A DNA stretch of 64,000 bases. It comes from an uncultured Gemmatimonadota bacterium. Lineage in GTDB: Bacteria; Gemmatimonadota; Gemmatimonadetes; Palauibacterales; KS3-K002. The notes beneath the pieces are model-generated. The model was not told where the DNA came from. It searched no databases and saw only the letters and a program-made list of their open reading frames with translations. Location: the NCBI GenBank assembly GCA_964345885.1, contig CAYFSW010000170.1, positions 46,169-110,168 on the forward strand. Direction: 5' to 3'. Shown piece by piece: positions 9,121 through 18,352 of this stretch (position 1 is the stretch's first letter; every line of letters begins with the position of its first letter). A program made the position numbers and the translations under genes.

Positions 9121-10811
9121 GTGCGAGGCCGGGCGGGTTCTGGCACATCTTGAGCCCGAAGCGCGTCACGGCGCGGCGGCGTCTCAAGACCCGGGGTGCG
9201 AGCGGCGGTCAGGCGGCGACCTTCGCCGTCGTTGGCGCCATCTTCTGGCTCCTCGCCTACGGCGTCATCTACCGTATCCTACGTTACTTCCAGGGCGTCG
9301 AGGACATCGGTGACCTGCTAGCGGCGAAGCTGCTCGGACTCATCCTGCTAACGTTCCTGGGCATCTTGATCCTTTCCAACATCATCACGGCGCTCTCGAC
9401 GTTCTTCCTCTCAAAAGATCTCGAGTTGTTAATGGCCGCACCGTCTGAGTGGGAACAGCTCTACCTGACGAAGCTGGCTGAGACGACCGTCCACTCGAGC
9501 TGGATGGTTGCCCTGATGTGCGTGCCGATTCTTTTCGCCTATGCCCGGGTCTACGGCGGTGGATTGGCTCTGTTCTCGGTCTCGCTCGCTTCCTTGGTAC
9601 CGTTCTTCCTCATCGTTGCGGCGGTGGGATCTTTCGTGACACTTGTGCTCGTCAGGGTGTTCCCGGCGCGTCGGGCGAAAGACATCTTTGGCGTGATCAC
9701 CATCGCCGCCGCTGGCGGTGTGGTGCTCCTGATCAGACTGCTGCGGCCGGAGAGCCTGGCACGGCCCGAGGGCTTCCGTAACCTGGGCCAGTTCATGGCC
9801 GAGCTGAGAGGGCCGACGTCGCCCTGGCTGCCCAGCGAGTGGGTGACGGAAGCCATCATAGGAATCGTGCAGCAGCGGTTCGACGCCTTCAGCCTAGTGC
9901 TGCTGTGGAGCACCGCCCTGGCGGTGGTTGTCCTCGGTGCCGCCTTTCACCATCGCTTCTACCCCCAAGCATTCACCCGCTCGCAGGAAGGCGCGCAGAA
10001 GCACACCGCCGGCCACCGCTTCGGCAGAAGGGCCCGCTTCCTGTTCCGCCGCTTCGGCAGTAGTCGAGCCGAGCTCATGCTGAAGGACATTCGCATCTTC
10101 TTCCGAGACACCACCCAGTGGTCGCAGCTCATTTTGCTCGCCGTCCTCGTCGTGGTGTACATCTACAACATCAGAGCGCTGCCCATCTATTCCGAAGGTG
10201 TGAGCTACTTCTTCGCTCACATGGTCTCGTACGTGAACGTGGGACTGGCAGGCTTCGTCCTGTCCGCCATCGCCGCTCGTTTCGTGCTACCCGGCCTCAG
10301 CCTCGAAGGACGGACGCTCTGGTTGCTGCGCTCCAGTCCGCTCAGGGCACGGGACCTCTTGTGGAGTAAGTACTGGGTGGGAACGGCGCCACTGCTGCTG
10401 ATGGCGATCGCTCTTACGGTCGGCACGAACCTGCTGCTCAAGGTCGGTCCGGCGATGATGGCGCTGTCGGTGGTGACGATCAGCGGCATCAGCTTCGCGC
10501 TCGCCGCCATGGCGTTGGCATACGGCACGGTGTTTCCTCAGTTCGAGACCGAGAACATGGCGCAGATCCCCACCAGTATCGGTGGGCTTCTCTTCATGAT
10601 GTCCTCGATCACGCTGGTCGCGGCGGTGCTCGTACTGGAGTCCTGGCCGGTCTTCACGATCTTCCGTCACCGGATGCCCGGTGCGACCCTGTCGGCTGAC
10701 GCGATGCTCGTCTCGGTGGGGGGTGGTGCTGCGGCGCTGCTGATTTGTCTGTTGGGGACTCTGGTGCCGCTGAAAATCGCGCTGAAGCGGATCGAGGCCT
10801 TCGAGGCCTAA
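9117..10811 (+). CDS. ABC exporter permease (polytopic membrane protein)
   Basis: 564 aa with about 10-12 hydrophobic helices; translationally coupled to the ATPase (GTGA overlap). Confidence 0.65.
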   Translation: MSARPGGFWHILSPKRVTARRRLKTRGASGGQAATFAVVGAIFWLLAYGVIYRILRYFQGVEDIGDLLAAKLLGLILLTFLGILILSNIITALSTFFLSKDLELLMAAPSEWEQLYLTKLAETTVHSSWMVALMCVPILFAYARVYGGGLALFSVSLASLVPFFLIVAAVGSFVTLVLVRVFPARRAKDIFGVITIAAAGGVVLLIRLLRPESLARPEGFRNLGQFMAELRGPTSPWLPSEWVTEAIIGIVQQRFDAFSLVLLWSTALAVVVLGAAFHHRFYPQAFTRSQEGAQKHTAGHRFGRRARFLFRRFGSSRAELMLKDIRIFFRDTTQWSQLILLAVLVVVYIYNIRALPIYSEGVSYFFAHMVSYVNVGLAGFVLSAIAARFVLPGLSLEGRTLWLLRSSPLRARDLLWSKYWVGTAPLLLMAIALTVGTNLLLKVGPAMMALSVVTISGISFALAAMALAYGTVFPQFETENMAQIPTSIGGLLFMMSSITLVAAVLVLESWPVFTIFRHRMPGATLSADAMLVSVGGGAAALLICLLGTLVPLKIALKRIEAFEA

Positions 10812-10817
10812 GCCCTG

Positions 10818-11780
10818 CTATACTTCGCCCCGCTCGAGTAACCCCTCCACATTGCGACGCTCGCCGGCGAACTCGATCCAGCCTCTGACCCAGTAGAGCG
10901 CGTGGTAAGGCTTCGGCCCCACTTCCGCCGGTAGCTCATTGAAAGTGCGCTCCGCGGCGGTGAGCTCGCATCTGATGTCGGGCTCGGGAATCCGGAACCA
11001 GGTGCGGATGGGTACGTTACGTCGCAACTGCGAGGAGTTGGCGACCTCGACGGTTCGGGTCTCGAGAGCGGTCCAACGCCGGGTCAGTCCGTCGGCGTAC
11101 ATCCAGGCGTAGTCGTTGCCGAACACATCGGGACTGCGGGTGTGGAAGAAGACGATGATCGCACCGTCTTCTGATCGCAGGATGACCCGCTCGTACGGTC
11201 CGAAGCGCGCCGGTTGGCTGGGCTCCGGTATAGCGAAGCGGTGCTGGACCGTAACTCCACTGACCCGGTCACCCCGGCGCGTCAGCGTCGCCTCGCGGAC
11301 CTCGTGCCGGGTCCCCGCGCGGTCCTCCCACCCATCGAGGTGCCCTTCCAGATCGAGCATGTAGTCGGCGGACCCGACGCTCAGGATGAGCACGTCGGGA
11401 TCCCCGTCGGAGTTCACCGTCAGGCGAACGGCATCGGCGGGGAACAGCCTCCAGGGCGCCTGCGTCGGGGGGGCCTGGAAGTCGGCCTCCAGGATGCTGC
11501 GCCAGCCAGAGCGGCCGAGCTCCCAGCCGAGATAGCTGTGACCGAGCCCGCCAGACGTCGCCGTGTTGGCGAACTCGAGCGTTATTCCCCGCGTCGCTGT
11601 CCCTTCGAGCGGCAGGAACTGTAAGCTCGTGGTATACTCGGTCGCCGTCACGCTGGTTGTTCCGGAACCGCTGCCGGCCGGACCTGCAGGCCCGCCAGTC
11701 GGGGCGTCTGAGTCGGGCTCCGAGCGGCAGGCGCTGGTGCAGAGCAAGACGACTATCGCGAGGATGGCTGTCCTGTCCAT
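10818..11780 (-). CDS. lipoprotein, function unknown
   Basis: Signal peptide with lipobox (LLCTSAC). 320 aa. No recognisable catalytic motif. Confidence 0.55.
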   Translation of the reverse strand: MDRTAILAIVVLLCTSACRSEPDSDAPTGGPAGPAGSGSGTTSVTATEYTTSLQFLPLEGTATRGITLEFANTATSGGLGHSYLGWELGRSGWRSILEADFQAPPTQAPWRLFPADAVRLTVNSDGDPDVLILSVGSADYMLDLEGHLDGWEDRAGTRHEVREATLTRRGDRVSGVTVQHRFAIPEPSQPARFGPYERVILRSEDGAIIVFFHTRSPDVFGNDYAWMYADGLTRRWTALETRTVEVANSSQLRRNVPIRTWFRIPEPDIRCELTAAERTFNELPAEVGPKPYHALYWVRGWIEFAGERRNVEGLLERGEV

Positions 11781-11930
11781 GTCGGAAAGCTACTCCGGCC
11801 GCTCGCCGAGGACTAGGTGCCGGTTGCGGGCGCGTAACGCTTGCCTATCTTGCCACGGTCCTAACGTAGACGGAGTGGGAATTACAACCGGACTGCTGTG
11901 ACGATGGCACTTCTCGGTAGAATCTGGCCC

Positions 11931-13181
11931 ATGAAGCTCCACACGCAGATACTGCTCGGCCTCATACTTGGGGCTATCCTCGGTCCGTTGCTTGGCGACT
12001 TTGCGATCGCGATCAAGCCGATCGGCGACGCGTTCATCAATCTCCTGGTGATGATCGTAGTGCCGCTGGTTATGGCCTCGCTGATTGTGGGGACCGCCAG
12101 CTTGGGCGATCTGCGCAAGCTGGGCCGCATCGGACTCAAGACCGTGGGGTTTTACCTGGTCGCAACGGCGATTGCGGTCGCCCTCGGACTGGCCGCCGCG
12201 CAAACGCTGAACCCGGGCGCGGGCCTCGACGAGGCTACCAAGGCGAGCATGCTCGAGGATTACGCCGGCGTCACGGCGGAGCAGCTCGAGCGGGTCAGGG
12301 AGAGGCCGTCGATAGCCGATTTGCTCGTTAGGATCATCCCGAGGAACCCGTTCCAGGCGATGACCGAGACGAACTTCCTGCAGATCATCTTCTTCTCGAT
12401 CCTCTTCGGGGTATCGCTGACTCTGCTGCCGGAGGGGCGTCGCAAACCGGTTCTCGATTTTCTTAATGGCGTCAACGACGCCATGATCGTGCTGGTGAAG
12501 CTTGTGATGAAGGTGGCGCCGTACGGTGTGTTCGCTCTGATCGCCGCTGTGGCGGCGCAGTTCGGGTACGGGGTCCTGCTGACACTGCTCAAGTACGTGC
12601 TGATCGCGATCGGTACGATGGCCGTCTTTACGGTCACCTTCTACCCCATCTGCCTCCGCGTCTCCGGCATGTCGCCCCTCTTCTTCCTCAAGCACTACTA
12701 CGAGGTGTTCGTATTCGCCTTTTCCACCTCGTCGAGCAATGCGACGCTGCCGCTGAACCTACAAGTCTCCGAGGAAGAGCTGGGCGTTTCCAACGAGGTG
12801 GCATCCTTCGTCCTGCCGCTGGGCGCGACCGTCAACATGAATGGGACGGCGATCTACCAGGGTGTAAGCACCGTCTTCATCGCCCAGGTGTTCGGAATCG
12901 ACCTGGGCGCGGCCGATCTGCTGACGGTTGTCCTCACCGCCACGCTGGCCTCCATAGGCGCCGCGGGCGTACCAGGCATCGGCATGGTGACTCTGACCAT
13001 CGTGCTCACCCAGCTCGGCATACCGCTGCAGGGAATCGCACTGGTCGTCGGCGTCGAGCGGATACTCGACATGAGTCGCACGGCGGTGAACGTTACCGGC
13101 GACACCGTCTGCGCGATCTGGGTCGCAAAGACCGAGGGAGAGCTGGATATGCCGGTCGAAGCGGCGATCGCTACGACGTGA
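11931..13181 (+). CDS. dicarboxylate/amino acid:cation symporter (DAACS family, GltP/DctA-like)
   Basis: Conserved DAACS segments (VLPLGATVNMNGTAIYQG; AASIGAAGVPG). Alternative in-frame starts at 11898 (GTG) and 11904 (ATG). Confidence 0.85.
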   Translation: MKLHTQILLGLILGAILGPLLGDFAIAIKPIGDAFINLLVMIVVPLVMASLIVGTASLGDLRKLGRIGLKTVGFYLVATAIAVALGLAAAQTLNPGAGLDEATKASMLEDYAGVTAEQLERVRERPSIADLLVRIIPRNPFQAMTETNFLQIIFFSILFGVSLTLLPEGRRKPVLDFLNGVNDAMIVLVKLVMKVAPYGVFALIAAVAAQFGYGVLLTLLKYVLIAIGTMAVFTVTFYPICLRVSGMSPLFFLKHYYEVFVFAFSTSSSNATLPLNLQVSEEELGVSNEVASFVLPLGATVNMNGTAIYQGVSTVFIAQVFGIDLGAADLLTVVLTATLASIGAAGVPGIGMVTLTIVLTQLGIPLQGIALVVGVERILDMSRTAVNVTGDTVCAIWVAKTEGELDMPVEAAIATT

Positions 13182-13199
13182 TCGAAAACAGGGGGCTCC

Positions 13200-13586
13200 T
13201 CATCCGTCTAGCCCCAGCCGGCGGTCCAATTGACGATAGAAATGGGCGATCCGGCGCTTATTGGCGCCGAGGTCGCCTTTCCCACGGCGCGAGGCCGACC
13301 ACATGTCGACCCGCGTGAGTGCGTTGCGGTCGAGCTTCAACTTGAACCGAACGTCACCGACGAAGCGAAAGATTCGGGTGGTGGCCTCGGCGCGGATCAG
13401 CCCCGCGCCTTCATCGGCGCGAATCAGCTTCCAGCGCGGATTCGTTTCGATCATGGCGATGATCTCATCCCAGACGGCCGCGAAGGGCACCAGGTAGGTA
13501 CGCCCGCGCAACCTCGGATCCGCCGCCTTCTCACTGGTCTGGGCGGAGTTCTCGCTGAGTGCCTTCCACAAGCGGCTGTTCGCCAT
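13200..13586 (-). CDS. DUF1499-family protein
   Basis: 128 aa. Pattern DEGAGLIRAEATTRIFRFVGDV...TRVDMWSASRRGKGDLGANKRRI resembles the DUF1499 consensus. Confidence 0.5.
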   Translation of the reverse strand: MANSRLWKALSENSAQTSEKAADPRLRGRTYLVPFAAVWDEIIAMIETNPRWKLIRADEGAGLIRAEATTRIFRFVGDVRFKLKLDRNALTRVDMWSASRRGKGDLGANKRRIAHFYRQLDRRLGLDG

Positions 13587-13750
13587 AGGCGGTCTCGATT
13601 TGTCAGTACACTGGCGTGACTGATCTTAAAGCGACAGGGCGGATCTGCAAGGCTGGCCAGGCGCCCGCGCGGCTGTTTCCCTGGCGCCTGATAACCTTAG
13701 AATTATGAGTGTGAGCAGGTCCTGCAGAGCGAGAGGCGAGGAGGTGCACG

Positions 13751-14749
13751 GTGAAGGTGGTGATCCCGCTGGCCGGCAAGGGGACGCGGCTTCGACCTCA
13801 GACGCACACTGTGCCGAAGCCACTGCTCCAGGTGGCGGGCAAGGCGGTTCTCGACTACGTGATTGAGGATGTGCTACGGCGGCTCGATGTCGAGCAACTC
13901 GTATTCATCACGGGTCATCTCAAGGAGCAGGTCGAGGCCCACGTCAAAACGCACTACACCGTACCCTCGGTGTTCGTCGAACAGATTGTCCAGAATGGGA
14001 CGGCGGGCGCGGTGAAATTGGCAGAGCCGTACGTCGAAGGGCCCTTGCTTGTGATATTCGTCGATACGCTCTTCGATGCTGACCTCTCGGTCGTTGCGGC
14101 CGACCCCGACGTGGACGGGTTCATCTGGGCGAAAGAGGTGGAGGACTACCAGCGCTTTGGCGTGATCGTAACCGGTGACGATGGGCTCATGCAGCGCATC
14201 GTCGAGAAGCCGAAGGAGCCTATCTCGCGCCTGGCCAACATTGGGCTCTACATGATTCGCGACCACCGTACGCTGTTCGAAGGGATCGATCATACACTGG
14301 CCGCCGATCCCTATCTTGGCGAGTACTTCCTGACCGATGCGCTTCAGTACATGATCGATCAGGGCTCCCGGATCAAGGTACAAGAGGTCGAAGGCTGGTA
14401 CGACTGCGGCAAACCCGAGACGTTGCTGGCCACGAACCGCCACCTGCTGGAGACTGGGCGTGCGCTGCGACCTGCCGATCCTGGCGACACGATCATTGTG
14501 GACCCGGTGAGGATCGAGAAAGACGTTGAGCTGTCCAGTTCGCGGGTCGGCCCGAACGTGTCGGTCGGACGCGGCAGCCGCATTCTGCGGACGACGCTCA
14601 GCAACTGTATCGTGGGAGATAACGTAGTGTTGGAGGATAGCGAGCTGTCCGAGTCGTTGATCGGCTCGCAGGTAGAGGTGCGCGGGCTGCGCGGCACGGT
14701 CCTGCTGGGCGATCATAGCGCCAGCTGGAGTGCGCCGTCCGGCGGTTAG
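13751..14749 (+). CDS. sugar-phosphate nucleotidyltransferase with C-terminal left-handed beta-helix (hexapeptide) domain
   Basis: N-terminal IPLAGKGTRLRP...PKPLL signature of NTP-transferases; hexapeptide repeats at the C-terminus. GTG start with RBS GAGGAGG upstream. Confidence 0.8.
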   Translation: MKVVIPLAGKGTRLRPQTHTVPKPLLQVAGKAVLDYVIEDVLRRLDVEQLVFITGHLKEQVEAHVKTHYTVPSVFVEQIVQNGTAGAVKLAEPYVEGPLLVIFVDTLFDADLSVVAADPDVDGFIWAKEVEDYQRFGVIVTGDDGLMQRIVEKPKEPISRLANIGLYMIRDHRTLFEGIDHTLAADPYLGEYFLTDALQYMIDQGSRIKVQEVEGWYDCGKPETLLATNRHLLETGRALRPADPGDTIIVDPVRIEKDVELSSSRVGPNVSVGRGSRILRTTLSNCIVGDNVVLEDSELSESLIGSQVEVRGLRGTVLLGDHSASWSAPSGG

Positions 14750-14756
14750 AGTAGGG

Positions 14757-15992
14757 TCAGAAGCCCGCGACTGCAGAAAGGACGTAGAGCAGGCGGAGCG
14801 CGCCGGCAGCACCGTCAGTGTCCTCGAACCACTCGTTGACGGTGTGCGTGTCGCCCGAGCGGCCGCCAGCGCCGAGCGCGATGGCCGGGATGCCCAGCGC
14901 TTGAGGAACGTTGGCGTCGGTAGACGAAATGCCGAGTTCGGGTTCAACCCCGATCTCTCGAGTCGCTTCGTCGGCAGCCTGTACGAGGGGGTGTTCGGCT
15001 GGCAGCTTGCCGGCCGGGCGTTCGCCGATGAGCTCGACTGCAGCGGTCAGCGAGCCTTCTGCCCCGTCCTCCTGCTCGGTGATACTGGTCGCCAGGGCCT
15101 CGCGGATCTGGAGCTCGATATCCCGAAGCGTCTCGTTGGCCTCGGACCGGACATCCAGCTCCACCCAGCTCTCTGCCGGAATGGCGTTGATGCTGGTGCC
15201 TCCGCCGAGCCTGGCGACCGTGAGTGTCGTTCGCGGGTCGAGAGGCAGGTCGAACTCCAGGAGCCGGTGGATAAACTCGGCGATGGCGTTGGCCGGGTTA
15301 ACTCGCCCCCAGTCGGTCCAGGAATGGCCGCCGGGGCCGCTGACGGTGATCCGGAAGCGGCGGCTGCCCAGGGCATTGTGGACGATGCGGCGCAGACCGC
15401 TGCAGTCGACGGCAATGAAGGCCGCGGCATCTGTCAGTGGACTGCCGTCGCGTAGCAGGTGCTTCACGCCGCGTAGGTCGCCTCGGCCCTCTTCGCCGAC
15501 CGTGAAAGCGAAGAGGATTGGGTGATGCGTCGTGGCTCTGGCGTGGACGAGCGCACGGAAGACCGCCAGCGTCACGGCGAGACCCCTGGCGTTGTCTGCG
15601 ACACCCGGTCCAGTCCAGACATCGCGTTCGCCGTGGATCTCGATGGGCACCTCGGGTCCGAACACACTGTCCAGGTGCGCAGCGACGATCACCGGGCCAC
15701 CTGTTGCCGAGTCGCCACGTGGTGGGTACCAGGCGGTTACGTTGCCGATCTCGTCCAGGTCGGGATCGGCGCCGAGTTCTCGGAGCTTCGTGGCGACGGC
15801 CTCGGCGCGGTCAAACTCGCCGAACGGTGGGGAGGGGATACGGGCCAGTTCGACCTGCTCGGCGACGATTGATTCGCCGTTTTCGCTGAGCCAGGCGCGG
15901 GCGATCGCGACTCCTTCGCCCTTGCCCGGTGAAATCGAAGGCCCTTCGGTAGACATGGGCCGAAACATGACCGCGGCTTGCAGGTAAGTCAA
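14757..15992 (-). CDS. M20/M25/M40-family peptidase (ArgE/DapE/PepT-like)
   Basis: Metal-binding motifs AAHLDSV and GVADNARGLAV. Convergent with the nucleotidyltransferase gene. Start may be a downstream ATG (MFRP.. or MSTEG..). Confidence 0.75.
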   Translation of the reverse strand: MTYLQAAVMFRPMSTEGPSISPGKGEGVAIARAWLSENGESIVAEQVELARIPSPPFGEFDRAEAVATKLRELGADPDLDEIGNVTAWYPPRGDSATGGPVIVAAHLDSVFGPEVPIEIHGERDVWTGPGVADNARGLAVTLAVFRALVHARATTHHPILFAFTVGEEGRGDLRGVKHLLRDGSPLTDAAAFIAVDCSGLRRIVHNALGSRRFRITVSGPGGHSWTDWGRVNPANAIAEFIHRLLEFDLPLDPRTTLTVARLGGGTSINAIPAESWVELDVRSEANETLRDIELQIREALATSITEQEDGAEGSLTAAVELIGERPAGKLPAEHPLVQAADEATREIGVEPELGISSTDANVPQALGIPAIALGAGGRSGDTHTVNEWFEDTDGAAGALRLLYVLSAVAGF

Positions 15993-17657
15993 CGCGATTT
16001 CGAGGTTGGTGTGTCCGAATTACTGGCCGTCGATTGGGTAGTGTTTGTTGGAATCGGAATCGCTGCCGGTCTGCTGACCAACGCGGTAGCGATCTGGATG
16101 CTCTTCCATCCTCATGAGTCGGTTCGCTTGAGTCGCCTCAGGGTTTTCCCCCAAGGAGCTATCCCGAAGGAGATCGACCGCATAGCGCACCGCATTGGCC
16201 TGACCGTCGGTACCCACTTGCTGCGCCACGAGGATATAGTGCGGACCCTGGCGCAGCCGGAGTTTCGGGAGCGGTTCGACCAGACCTTGCGTAATGCACT
16301 TCAACGCATGCTCGATCGTGAGCTCGGCAATCTGCGCTCGGAGATCCCCCAAAAACGGCTGGACGAGGTGACCGGGACGGTGACCGAGTTTGGAGAACGG
16401 CTGCTGGAGGGGCTCTCCGAGTACCTGGACGGCGAAGCGTTCGAGAGGCGAGTCCGGGAGTTTGTCGACCGCCTGAATCGCGAGTTTGGCGATGAACCAC
16501 TGGAGCGTGTGCTCACGCCCGAGGCACGCCAGCAGGTGGTCGTGATGCTGCATGATGTGGGAGAGGGAATCGTAAGAGGCCCCGGATTCCGAAGCGCGGT
16601 CGGTGAGTTCTTCGAGCGTAATCTGCGTGACTTCGTCAAGTCCGAAGAACCCCTCGGCAGGTTCGTGCCCACGGGCGCGATCAACTTCGGCGAAGCCGTA
16701 GTGCGTAACTACTTGCCGCTCGTCCTCGACCGCTTCGGTCAGGTGCTCGAGTCGCCGGCCGCCCAGGAACGCGTGCGTCGCGCGCTCAGAAACTTCATCG
16801 ATGGTTACTTGAGCCAGCAGGGGATGTTCCAGCAGATCGTCGGCCGGCTGATAATCACCGAGCGGACGCTGAGCCAGACGGTCCAGGCTCTGGAGCGCGG
16901 CGGAGCGGAGGAGGTCGCTGCACTGCTTCGCGAGCCGCTCATCCAAGATCGCGCCGCCGCCGCGGTCAACGATGCGATCGACGATATGTTGGCGCGACCA
17001 GTGAGGGAGATCTTCGGCGACATGGCTGACGACGAGCTTGGCCGGGTCGGCGGGGTGCTCACCGACCGCATCGTCGAGTTCGCCGGGCACGAGACAACCG
17101 AAGAGTTTGTCATCACTCGGACCGATCAGCTACTCAAGGCGTCTGAGGGCAAGAAACTGGGCGACGTACTGGAGTACCTCGGGCCCGAGGCTGCGAGCCG
17201 GCTTACCGATCGCCTCGCCGATTGGATAGTGGAGATCGCCCGCGGCGATAGAGTCAGGGACCTGCTGGAGGCAGCGCTGGTTCGACAGACCGAATGGCTG
17301 CTGACCGTACCGATCGGGCGGATAGGCGACTACCTGCCTGCCGACGCACTCGACCGGGCCGAGCAGATCATGTTCGACCCCTTGTGGGAATTCCTGCAGG
17401 CGCGGGTGCCCGCCCTCGTATCGGAGTTGCCTATTGCTGAAATGGTCGAGAATAGGATCCGTGCTTATCCCATCGAGGAACTCGAGCGACTGATCTGGAC
17501 GGTAACGCGCCGCGAGCTCAGGCTGATCATCTATCTTGGCGGCTTTCTCGGTGCGGTTGTCGGCTCGCTCATGGTCGTTGCCCAGGCTCCGACCGTTGGC
17601 CTCGCCTACTTGGGTGCGATCGTGCTTGCTTCGTATCTGTTCCTCAACTTCCGTTGA
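15978..17657 (+). CDS. DUF445-family membrane protein
   Basis: N-terminal TM segment (VVFVGIGIAAGLLTNAVAIWMLFHP) and C-terminal TM (LIIYLGGFLGAVVGSLMVV) flank a long helical region typical of DUF445. The true start is probably a GTG/TTG slightly downstream of 15978. Confidence 0.6.
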   Translation: MQVSQRDFEVGVSELLAVDWVVFVGIGIAAGLLTNAVAIWMLFHPHESVRLSRLRVFPQGAIPKEIDRIAHRIGLTVGTHLLRHEDIVRTLAQPEFRERFDQTLRNALQRMLDRELGNLRSEIPQKRLDEVTGTVTEFGERLLEGLSEYLDGEAFERRVREFVDRLNREFGDEPLERVLTPEARQQVVVMLHDVGEGIVRGPGFRSAVGEFFERNLRDFVKSEEPLGRFVPTGAINFGEAVVRNYLPLVLDRFGQVLESPAAQERVRRALRNFIDGYLSQQGMFQQIVGRLIITERTLSQTVQALERGGAEEVAALLREPLIQDRAAAAVNDAIDDMLARPVREIFGDMADDELGRVGGVLTDRIVEFAGHETTEEFVITRTDQLLKASEGKKLGDVLEYLGPEAASRLTDRLADWIVEIARGDRVRDLLEAALVRQTEWLLTVPIGRIGDYLPADALDRAEQIMFDPLWEFLQARVPALVSELPIAEMVENRIRAYPIEELERLIWTVTRRELRLIIYLGGFLGAVVGSLMVVAQAPTVGLAYLGAIVLASYLFLNFR

Positions 17658-17658
17658 C

Positions 17659-18231
17659 GTGGCGGTTCGGACTGTTAGCTGGATCGCGATAGGCCTGGTG
17701 TTCGTCGCCCAGGGTCTCTCGGCACAGCCCGTCGCCCTTCGTGTCAGTGCCGTCGACATGTTTGGCGGGGCGGTCTTTCCTTCCCAAGCTGACCCGGGGG
17801 TCGTTTTCGGGGCTCGCGTGGGCCTGTTCGATCTCTTCGAGCGGTCCGTTCAGGCGGGTCTTGAGCTGGAGTGGTGGACGGCGGAACGGCCGGATGTCGA
17901 ACTGGAAGTCCGCGACATCGTGTTCGGGCTCGCGTTAACGAGGCAGTTATCCCGTACAGGGTTGCTGCGACCCTATCTCGGCTTGAGCGCCGCACTGCAC
18001 TCGGTCGACACCTCGCGCTTGGGCGGCGACAGGTTCCTCGAAGGCGAGTCGCTGGCGGCGCAGCGGATCTCGGGCTACCGGGCCGGCGCAGGCGCTTTCG
18101 CCGGCCTGGGTCTCCGCCTGACGCGGACGGGGGCAATCTGGCTGCTGGTCGAGTACCGCTACGCGGCCGTTTCCCGGGTATCCCATCACGAGGTGCGCGG
18201 TGGTGCGCGCCTACTGGCGTCACGTCCCTAG
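17659..18231 (+). CDS. secreted protein with signal peptide; putative outer-membrane beta-barrel
   Basis: GTG at 17659 gives the signal peptide M-AVRTVSWIAIGLVFVAQGLSAQP. Alternating hydrophobic pattern; C-terminus ends in an aromatic-rich strand. The ORF-track start at 17536 is an artefactual extension into the upstream gene. Confidence 0.5.
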   Translation: MAVRTVSWIAIGLVFVAQGLSAQPVALRVSAVDMFGGAVFPSQADPGVVFGARVGLFDLFERSVQAGLELEWWTAERPDVELEVRDIVFGLALTRQLSRTGLLRPYLGLSAALHSVDTSRLGGDRFLEGESLAAQRISGYRAGAGAFAGLGLRLTRTGAIWLLVEYRYAAVSRVSHHEVRGGARLLASRP

Positions 18232-18352
18232 ACTGCCCCCGCCGTCGCTCGCTGGGGTTGCCAGATTCTCTGTTGCTCGCTTCCCGCTCCACGCGCTATC
18301 ATGGAACGGCAGCGCCGGTCACAGCCCACGACTCGACAGGTAGGCCACTCCG

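Noticed and set aside
13874-14947. 357-aa ORF on the minus strand
   Set aside because: Fully antisense to the well-supported nucleotidyltransferase gene (13751-14749). Its composition (Arg/Ala/Pro-rich) is typical of GC-rich antisense frames, and it has no motifs.
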